From assembly GCA_007693635.1 (NCBI GenBank), contig REDE01000127.1, forward strand, positions 2,095-66,094: 64,000 bases of DNA. Direction: 5' to 3'. The notes under the pieces were generated by a model. The model was not told the DNA's origin. It ran no database searches and saw only the letters and a program-made list of their open reading frames with translations. Source of the DNA: Flavobacteriales bacterium. Lineage in GTDB: Bacteria > Bacteroidota > Bacteroidia > Flavobacteriales > Schleiferiaceae. This document shows positions 57,971-64,000 of this stretch, piece by piece; position 1 is the first letter of the stretch, and every line of letters begins with the position of its first letter. The translations under genes and the position numbers were made by a program.

Positions 57971-58013
57971 AAAACTCGGCGTATTTTGTCAAAGCAAAAT
58001 CACGCCGAGTTTT
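57971..58013. terminator. Bidirectional rho-independent terminator
   Basis: A long stem forms from aaaactcggcgtattttg / caaaat(c)acgccgagtttt, 18 bp with a 1-nt bulge. T runs lie on both strands. It sits between convergent genes. Confidence 0.85.
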
Positions 58014-58047
58014 AATTTTTGCAATGTGATTAAAACACATCGATCAC

Positions 58048-59118
58048 TTATCTGTCAGAATACATACTATTATAGTATTCACGGTAATTTCCTGAGGTAA
58101 CATTACTCAGCCACTCCTCGTTGTTTAGGTACCAGTCAATCGTCTCTGCCAGTCCTTGCTCAAAAGTCACGGATGGTTTCCATCCCAGTTCTTTTTGGAT
58201 TTTCGAGGCATCAATAGCGTAGCGCTTATCGTGTCCCGGACGATCTTTAACAAAAGTAATCAGCGATTCAGAATCACCTGATTCACGTCCCAATTTCTCA
58301 TCCATTAATTTACAGAGTACGCGAACCAGATCGATGTTTTTCCATTCGTTCCACCCACCAATGTTATAGGTTTCACCGTTGGCACCGCGATGAAAAACCT
58401 CGTCGATAGCCACAGCGTGATCCACAACATACAACCAATCGCGGGTATAGTTCCCGTCGCCGTAAACAGGAAGAGGTTTTCTTTCAATAATGTTATTGAT
58501 AAACAACGGGATCAGCTTTTCGGGAAACTGATTAGGCCCGTAATTATTTGAACAATTGGTAATCACAATAGGAAGGCCGTAAGTTTCTCCGTAGGCCCTT
58601 ACGAAGTGATCCGAGGCTGCTTTTGATGCGCTATACGGTGAATTAGGATCGTACGAAGTAGTTTCAGTAAAAAAACCAGTTTCACCTAAAGAACCATAAA
58701 CCTCGTCGGTAGAAATATGATAAAAGCGTTTTGAATCAAAGTTATCTCTCCAAAATTTACGACAGGCATTCAACAGATGAAGCGTTCCCAAGACGTTGGT
58801 ATTTACAAACGCCAAAGGGTCTTCAATGGATCGATCTACGTGCGACTCTGCTGCTAGGTGAATAACCGCATCCGGATTGTAGGTAGCGAAAACCTCATTC
58901 ATTTGCAAAGCGTCACAAATATCTGCCTTCACAAAAGTGTAGTTATCCGCATTTTCCACGTCGGTCAAATTTTCCAAGTTACCCGCATAAGTCAATAGGT
59001 CCAAATTGACGATTTTATATTTCGGGTACTTATTGACAAACAGACGAACAACGTGCGAACCGATAAAACCGGCACCTCCGGTTATTAGAATAGTTGCATT
59101 TTCTGGCAATGTGATCAT
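58048..59118 (-). CDS. rfbB: dTDP-glucose 4,6-dehydratase
   Basis: 356 aa. It contains TGGAGFIGS, the catalytic motif YSASKAASD, and DRPGHDKRYAID. Confidence 0.93.
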   Translation of the reverse strand: MITLPENATILITGGAGFIGSHVVRLFVNKYPKYKIVNLDLLTYAGNLENLTDVENADNYTFVKADICDALQMNEVFATYNPDAVIHLAAESHVDRSIEDPLAFVNTNVLGTLHLLNACRKFWRDNFDSKRFYHISTDEVYGSLGETGFFTETTSYDPNSPYSASKAASDHFVRAYGETYGLPIVITNCSNNYGPNQFPEKLIPLFINNIIERKPLPVYGDGNYTRDWLYVVDHAVAIDEVFHRGANGETYNIGGWNEWKNIDLVRVLCKLMDEKLGRESGDSESLITFVKDRPGHDKRYAIDASKIQKELGWKPSVTFEQGLAETIDWYLNNEEWLSNVTSGNYREYYNSMYSDR

Positions 59119-59191
59119 TGGAAAAAATATTTAAAATTAAAATCCTCTGCACGAAAAAATAGATTGATGCAGAGTATTGGTGTTTTCGATT

Positions 59192-60193
59192 TTAGTTGAT
59201 ACGTTTTTGCACGTACCCCTCGAAGGTATTGTGCTCTTTTCGGTAGAGCTTTTCTTCAGGAAGCGATTTAAAATAATCGTAGGTAATAGCGAGGCCTTCT
59301 TCACGGGAAATTTTTGGTTCCCAATCGAGAATTGCCCGCGCCTTCGCAATATCCGGCTGGCGTTGCATTGGGTCGTCTTTCGGTAGTGGTTTAAACACAA
59401 CTTTTTGTTTGGTTCCGGTAAGTTTGACAATCTCACTAGCAAAGTCCAAAATGGTAATTTCGTCAGGATTGCCGATATTCACTGGATCTGCACAATCGCT
59501 CAACAGCAATCTGTAGATTCCCTCTATAAGATCGGAGACATAGCAGAAAGAGCGCGTTTGCGAACCATCTCCAAAGATGGTTAAATCCTCACCTCGCAAT
59601 GCCTGACCAATGAATGCAGGTAGAACCCGTCCATCATTCAATCGCATGCGCGGTCCGTAGGTATTAAAAATCCGAACGATTCGGGTTTCCAATCCGTGAT
59701 AGGTATGGTAAGCCATTGTAATTGCTTCCTGAAAACGCTTTGCTTCATCGTACACACCCCTAGGTCCTACGGGATTAACATTCCCCCAGTACGACTCTGT
59801 CTGCGGATGCACCATAGGATCACCATAAACCTCTGAGGTGCTGGCAACCAAAATCCTGGCGTTTTTCTCCAAGGCCAAACCCAAAAGATTGTGCGTTCCA
59901 AGTGAACCCACTTTAAGTGTTTGAATAGGTATTTTCAGGTAATCGATAGGACTAGCTGGTGAGGCAAAATGCAAGATGTAATCGATTTTTCCCGGGACGT
60001 GAACAAATTTACTGACATCATGGTGATAGAACTCAAAGTGCTTATTGCCAAACAAATGCTCGATATTTCCTAGATCGCCGGTAATCAGATTATCCATTCC
60101 AATAACGTGGTAATCACGTGCCATGAAATAATCGCATAAATGCGACCCCAAAAATCCAGCGGCGCCGGTGATTAAAACTCGTTTTCTCTCCAT
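59192..60193 (-). CDS. UDP-glucuronate decarboxylase (UDP-xylose synthase-like SDR)
   Basis: 333 aa. It contains [19 protein letters not shown], and YDEAKR (YxxxK). Overall it resembles the UXS family. Confidence 0.82.
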   Translation of the reverse strand: MERKRVLITGAAGFLGSHLCDYFMARDYHVIGMDNLITGDLGNIEHLFGNKHFEFYHHDVSKFVHVPGKIDYILHFASPASPIDYLKIPIQTLKVGSLGTHNLLGLALEKNARILVASTSEVYGDPMVHPQTESYWGNVNPVGPRGVYDEAKRFQEAITMAYHTYHGLETRIVRIFNTYGPRMRLNDGRVLPAFIGQALRGEDLTIFGDGSQTRSFCYVSDLIEGIYRLLLSDCADPVNIGNPDEITILDFASEIVKLTGTKQKVVFKPLPKDDPMQRQPDIAKARAILDWEPKISREEGLAITYDYFKSLPEEKLYRKEHNTFEGYVQKRIN

Positions 60194-60196
60194 GAT

Positions 60197-61327
60197 TTAT
60201 TGGATTTGATTTTCTAAAAGTTGTAAAAACGTATTGGTAATGAAATCTTGTTGTTCTTCGGTGAGTTCCGTGTGCATTGGCAAAGAAATAACCGACTTAC
60301 ACAAGGATTCTGTGATGGGAAAAGAACCTTCCTGACGATAAGCTTTTTGCTCATGTAGGGGGACCGGATAATAAATCATTGCCGGAACGCCGGCATTCAT
60401 CAAACTTTCTCTCAAAGAGTCACGATCAACTGAAGGATCCAATATTAATGTATATTGGTGAAAAACATGTGTCGAATTCGGCAATCGCAAAGGAGTTTTT
60501 ATCAAAGGGTGATTTGCGAAGGCAGCATCGTAAGCATCAGCTGTCTTTCTACGAGCAGCATTGTATGCGTCCAAATGCTTAAGTTTGACATTCAAAATTG
60601 CCGCTTGAATACTGTCTAGCCTTGAGTTCACCCCTACCTCGTCGTGGTAGTACTGTACACTCTGACCGTGATTAGCTATTTGCTTGAGTTTAACAACAAG
60701 ATCTGGATTTCTCGTAAACATCGCACCTCCATCGCCGTAGCATCCCAAATTTTTTGAGGGGAAAAAAGAGGTGCATCCAATATCACCCATAGTTCCCGCT
60801 TTTGCTACTCGACCATCCGAAAAGTGATAATCAGCTCCTATCGCCTGAGCGGTGTCTTCGACAACAAAGAGATTGTGTTTTTCGGCTATTTTCAACAAAG
60901 GCTCCATATCGGCACATTGTCCGAAGAGGTGCACGGGGACTATCGCTTTGGTTTTAGGCGTAATAGCTTTTTCAACCGCCTCAACGTCAATCTGAAAACT
61001 TCTTGGATCAACATCCACCAATACAGGTTTGAGACGAAGAAGCGCAATAACCTCAGCGGTAGCCACGTAGGTAAATGTCGCGGTAATAACTTCATCACCG
61101 GGTTCAAGTCCCAACGCCATCAAGGCAATCTGCAGCGCATCCGTCCCGTTTGCACAAGGAATTACGTGAGCGCCTCCTAGATATTTTGATAATTGATCGG
61201 AAAACTGGTGAACTTGAGGACCGTTGATGTACTGAGAAGACCGCACTACATCCAATACGGCCTGATCGATTTCTTCTTGAATATGGCTGTATTGACCGAG
61301 CAAATCAACCATTTGTAATTTTTGCAT
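60197..61327 (-). CDS. DegT/DnrJ/EryC1/StrS family sugar aminotransferase (PLP-dependent)
   Basis: ORF 60197..61357. The preferred start is ATG 61327 (MQKLQMVDLLGQY). The PLP lysine context is SFFPSKNLG. Confidence 0.88.
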   Translation of the reverse strand: MQKLQMVDLLGQYSHIQEEIDQAVLDVVRSSQYINGPQVHQFSDQLSKYLGGAHVIPCANGTDALQIALMALGLEPGDEVITATFTYVATAEVIALLRLKPVLVDVDPRSFQIDVEAVEKAITPKTKAIVPVHLFGQCADMEPLLKIAEKHNLFVVEDTAQAIGADYHFSDGRVAKAGTMGDIGCTSFFPSKNLGCYGDGGAMFTRNPDLVVKLKQIANHGQSVQYYHDEVGVNSRLDSIQAAILNVKLKHLDAYNAARRKTADAYDAAFANHPLIKTPLRLPNSTHVFHQYTLILDPSVDRDSLRESLMNAGVPAMIYYPVPLHEQKAYRQEGSFPITESLCKSVISLPMHTELTEEQQDFITNTFLQLLENQIQ

Positions 61328-61390
61328 ACGATAATAAATAAGCCACAAAAGTAACACACAACGGACTTCTTTTAAATGATAAAGTTGCTG

Positions 61391-61398
61391 TATTTTTG
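61391..61398 (+). promoter_or_regulatory. -7 promoter box TAttTTTG only 4 nt upstream of the ATG at 61403
   Basis: The sequence is TATTTTTGcttcATG, the same geometry as at recR. Confidence 0.4.
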
Positions 61399-61402
61399 CT
61401 TC

Positions 61403-62170
61403 ATGGGAAAACGAATCTCCTTCATTCTAATGCTCTTTTTGAGCATTACCTTTTTTAGCAGCGCACAGGTAAATGTTCGTGACAGTATTGCCCCCGGATG
61501 GCTCATCACCATTCGAAGTGGTTTCTTCATGCCGGAGATGGACTTAGGGAATAGATTTTCAGAGAGCTACGCAACCGGGATAGGAACATTTATAAAGACC
61601 AAGAAAAATTGGCTTTGGGGAGTAAATGGTGATTTTTGGTTTGGCGCGGGAACCAGAGAACGCTGGAATATCATTCGTGCCTTGGGAGACGAGACGGGAG
61701 AAGTCCTCGACCACTTTGGTAATTTTAGTGACGTGATGACTTACCAGAGAGGGTGGTTAGCGGGATTCGATTTCGGCAAAATCTTCAACAGCCTTGGCCA
61801 TAATGCCAATAGCGGGTTATTTTTCACACTTGGAGGAGGATATATGCAGCACCGAATTCGACTAGAATCAATCAACCGAAACAGTATTATCTACCAAATT
61901 GAAGGGGAATACCAGCGAGGGTACGACCGGTTAAACATGGGCTGGATGTCTAGGCTAAATGTAGGATACATGCACTCACACGTCGGGAAAACCGTGAATT
62001 TTATGCTTGCGGCGGAAGTAATGTACGGCCAATCCAGCAACGTTAGACGCTTCAATTGGGACACCGGATTACCCGACACTGAAGTATTTCAAAATCTCAC
62101 TTGGGGTATTCGTTTAACGTGGTTCCTGCCCATTTACGATAAGAATGCGCAAACTTTCTTCTTCAATTAG
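61403..62170 (+). CDS. Hypothetical secreted, probably outer-membrane beta-barrel protein
   Basis: ORF 61376..62170. The preferred start is ATG 61403 (MGKRISFILMLFLSITFFSSAQ). It is rich in aromatic and Gly strand patterns, with an aromatic C-terminus FFFN. Confidence 0.5.
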   Translation: MGKRISFILMLFLSITFFSSAQVNVRDSIAPGWLITIRSGFFMPEMDLGNRFSESYATGIGTFIKTKKNWLWGVNGDFWFGAGTRERWNIIRALGDETGEVLDHFGNFSDVMTYQRGWLAGFDFGKIFNSLGHNANSGLFFTLGGGYMQHRIRLESINRNSIIYQIEGEYQRGYDRLNMGWMSRLNVGYMHSHVGKTVNFMLAAEVMYGQSSNVRRFNWDTGLPDTEVFQNLTWGIRLTWFLPIYDKNAQTFFFN

Positions 62171-62184
62171 CAACAGCGATAAGC

Positions 62185-63411
62185 ATGGGCTATCATTTAT
62201 TTTATCGATCAGGAATTGCACTCTACCATCTATTTATAAGAATTGCCGCGTTGTGGTCGCCCAAAGCTAAGGCTTGGCTGGAAGGGCGAAAAACAGTCTG
62301 GCCAACTCCTCCAGCAGACAAAAAAAATGTTTGGTTTCACGCAAGCTCTTTAGGGGAATTTGAGCAAGGCAGACCCGTAATGGAGGCGTGGAAAAAAGCC
62401 CGACCAAACGATCATATAGTTTTGAGTTTTTTCTCCCCTTCAGGCTTTGCCATCTCGTTGCAGAACATCCCCGCGGATACAATCATGTACCTGCCTGAAG
62501 AAAATATTGTCAACGCCAGAAAGTGGATTGCGCATTGGCAACCCGTACAGGCCATATTCTTCAAGTATGATTTTTGGCTGACCTATATAAGAGAAGCCGA
62601 AAAAGCAGGCGTGCCTGTAGCCTTTACTTCGGTATTACTTAATCCATCGAAATTCATGTTTCAATGGTACGGCAAGTGGTATTTAAAGCAATTACGGAAG
62701 GTGTCGCAATGGATTTGCCATGACAAAGACACGGCTGATTTACTCCACACACATGAATTTAAAGGCGTAAGCATTGCAGGCGACACTCGGATTGATCGTG
62801 TTAAAGAGAGAATGCGCGAAACCTTTCACGATCATACTGTTGAAGCATTTTGCAGAAATTCTGTATCGTTAATGATGGGAAGTAGCTGGCAACACGAGGA
62901 GAGAATGATATCCAAAATCATTCAGGAATTTCCTGATTTAAAAATTGTAATTGCACCCCACGATATTTCTGCGGCACATATTCGAGAAATACAAGAACAA
63001 CTTCCGACTAAAACACACCTTTGGAGCAAAGGCGAGGTCCCGAACGATTGTCGCGTGCTTATCATTGACACAATTGGCCTGCTTTCGGGAATATACCGCT
63101 ATGCATCGATGGCATTTATCGGGGGCGGCTTTGGAAAAAGCGTCCACAATACCCTAGAACCCGCAGCCTATGGCTTAGCAGTAGCCTTTGGACCCAATCA
63201 CCAAAAATTCCGAGAACCCAGCGAAATGATTGACCTAGGCTTTGGGCATTGCGTAAATACTGTTGATGATTTACAGGAGTTTATCCAGAAATATCGAAAC
63301 TCAACAGAGCGCGAAAACGCCAAAAAGAAATCCGAATTATTTTTCAATAAACACGCTGGAGCTACAGAAAAAACGATTCAAACTTTACTCGAGCTTCATC
63401 GTAAATCCTGA
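62185..63411 (+). CDS. waaA: 3-deoxy-D-manno-octulosonic acid (Kdo) transferase
   Basis: 408 aa. It has an N-terminal membrane anchor, HASSLGEFEQGRP, and a C-terminal GT-B segment GGGFGKSVHNTLEPAAYG. Confidence 0.88.
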   Translation: MGYHLFYRSGIALYHLFIRIAALWSPKAKAWLEGRKTVWPTPPADKKNVWFHASSLGEFEQGRPVMEAWKKARPNDHIVLSFFSPSGFAISLQNIPADTIMYLPEENIVNARKWIAHWQPVQAIFFKYDFWLTYIREAEKAGVPVAFTSVLLNPSKFMFQWYGKWYLKQLRKVSQWICHDKDTADLLHTHEFKGVSIAGDTRIDRVKERMRETFHDHTVEAFCRNSVSLMMGSSWQHEERMISKIIQEFPDLKIVIAPHDISAAHIREIQEQLPTKTHLWSKGEVPNDCRVLIIDTIGLLSGIYRYASMAFIGGGFGKSVHNTLEPAAYGLAVAFGPNHQKFREPSEMIDLGFGHCVNTVDDLQEFIQKYRNSTERENAKKKSELFFNKHAGATEKTIQTLLELHRKS

Positions 63412-63548
63412 GATTTCAAAAAACCATCGTCCCCGTCGATAATTCTAGCTGCACTTGCAATTAGAAAAATTTGTTTATTCATTTGGCTCAAAAACATAAA
63501 ATAAGCATATTTTTATGAAAAAGGTTTGTATGCGCGGATTAATTCAAA

Positions 63549-63556
63549 TATCTTTG
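63549..63556 (+). promoter_or_regulatory. -7 promoter box TAtcTTTG with TTG about 19 nt upstream
   Basis: Perfect TAnnTTTG match 26 nt upstream of the ATG at 63582. It lies inside a 9-bp inverted repeat (aattcaaat / atttgaatt). Confidence 0.5.
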
Positions 63557-63581
63557 GCGCTGTAATTAAAAATTTGAATTT

Positions 63582-64000
63582 ATGTCTTTTAAACTTTTCT
63601 TTTCCGTGCTATTGAGTGGTATGGTATTTTTCACCTTCGGATGTCAGCAGCAGGAAAACAACCAGTCTGTTGAAACCGAAATCAACGAAACTGGAGAACC
63701 TTCAGAAGAAGAACTTCGCAAATTTGTACAAGCAGTTCAGTTACTCCAACCTATGGGAATGATGGCTCAACAGCAAATGATTGCCGCTGTAGAAGACGCA
63801 GGTATGACGCCTCAGCGATTTACTGAAATCATGAACGCAAAACAAATGGGCGACGACAGCATTGAAGTTTCTCCATCAGAGCAAGAATTATACGAAAGTG
63901 CTGAAACTGCGCTTAACGGTATTCAAGATGAAATTCAAGCAGAAATGGAAAAAGCCCTTGAAGAAATGGGATTTTCTATGGAACGCTACGAAGAAATCAT
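63582..64000 (+). CDS. Lipoprotein, DUF4168-like (partial, 3' end runs off the window)
   Basis: Not in the ORF track because it is truncated. The ATG at 63582 gives MSFKLFFSVLLSGMVFFTFGCQQQENN..., with the lipobox FGC. It has repeated acidic helical segments (EEELRKFVQAVQLLQP..., MTPQRFTEIMNA...). The frame is open to the window end. Confidence 0.55.
   Translation, partial: MSFKLFFSVLLSGMVFFTFGCQQQENNQSVETEINETGEPSEEELRKFVQAVQLLQPMGMMAQQQMIAAVEDAGMTPQRFTEIMNAKQMGDDSIEVSPSEQELYESAETALNGIQDEIQAEMEKALEEMGFSMERYEEI

Noticed and set aside
59137-59442. A 101-aa ORF spanning the rfbB-uxs junction, and the 7-bp stem ctctgca/tgcagag at about 59147..59176.
   Set aside because: The ORF overlaps the well-supported uxs 3' end out of frame. 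The stem is short with a 16-nt loop, probably just intercistronic structure, and is not strong enough to call.

Overview
This window is a gene-dense, mostly housekeeping chromosomal segment from a Bacteroidota bacterium, probably Flavobacteriia-like. That assignment rests on five proteins with type IX secretion (T9SS) C-terminal sorting domains, many TAnnTTTG -7 promoter boxes, and typical synteny such as folP-cdaA and PASTA-rluD. I call about 55 protein genes. They include guaB, ligA, prmC, bcp, cdaA, folP, tpiA, recR, priA, rimO, rpmE (type B), lon, rluD, parE, tmk, miaA, rfbB and waaA, plus a thiolase, a copper P-type ATPase, several envelope chaperones, glycosyltransferases and large secreted T9SS proteins. 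There is one tRNA (anticodon CAT) with its own promoter and terminator, and several clear rho-independent terminators. I see no rRNA, CRISPR array, transposase, integrase, prophage or recognisable defence island. I cannot honestly point to a convincing new multi-gene system, and the region looks like ordinary core genome.

The observations most worth a second look are:
- A copZ-like metal-binding ORF and the copA ATPase body are separated only by an A10 tract. A -1 shift within that tract would fuse them, so this is an assembly error, a split gene, or programmed slippage.
- A 99-aa ORF next to miaA has an Sm/Hfq-like pattern in its C-terminal half.
- A near-consensus sigma54 -24/-12 element, embedded in a palindrome, lies upstream of lon.
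- The rimO and rpmE promoters share an identical 17-nt extended element.
- An uncharacterised cytochrome c / YceI / beta-barrel operon sits beside an FNR-like regulator.
- One protein is a cargo-less T9SS type B C-terminal domain.
- Two convergent giant T9SS proteins share a paralogous C-terminal module.

All functional calls come from by-eye motif recognition. No database search or computation was run.
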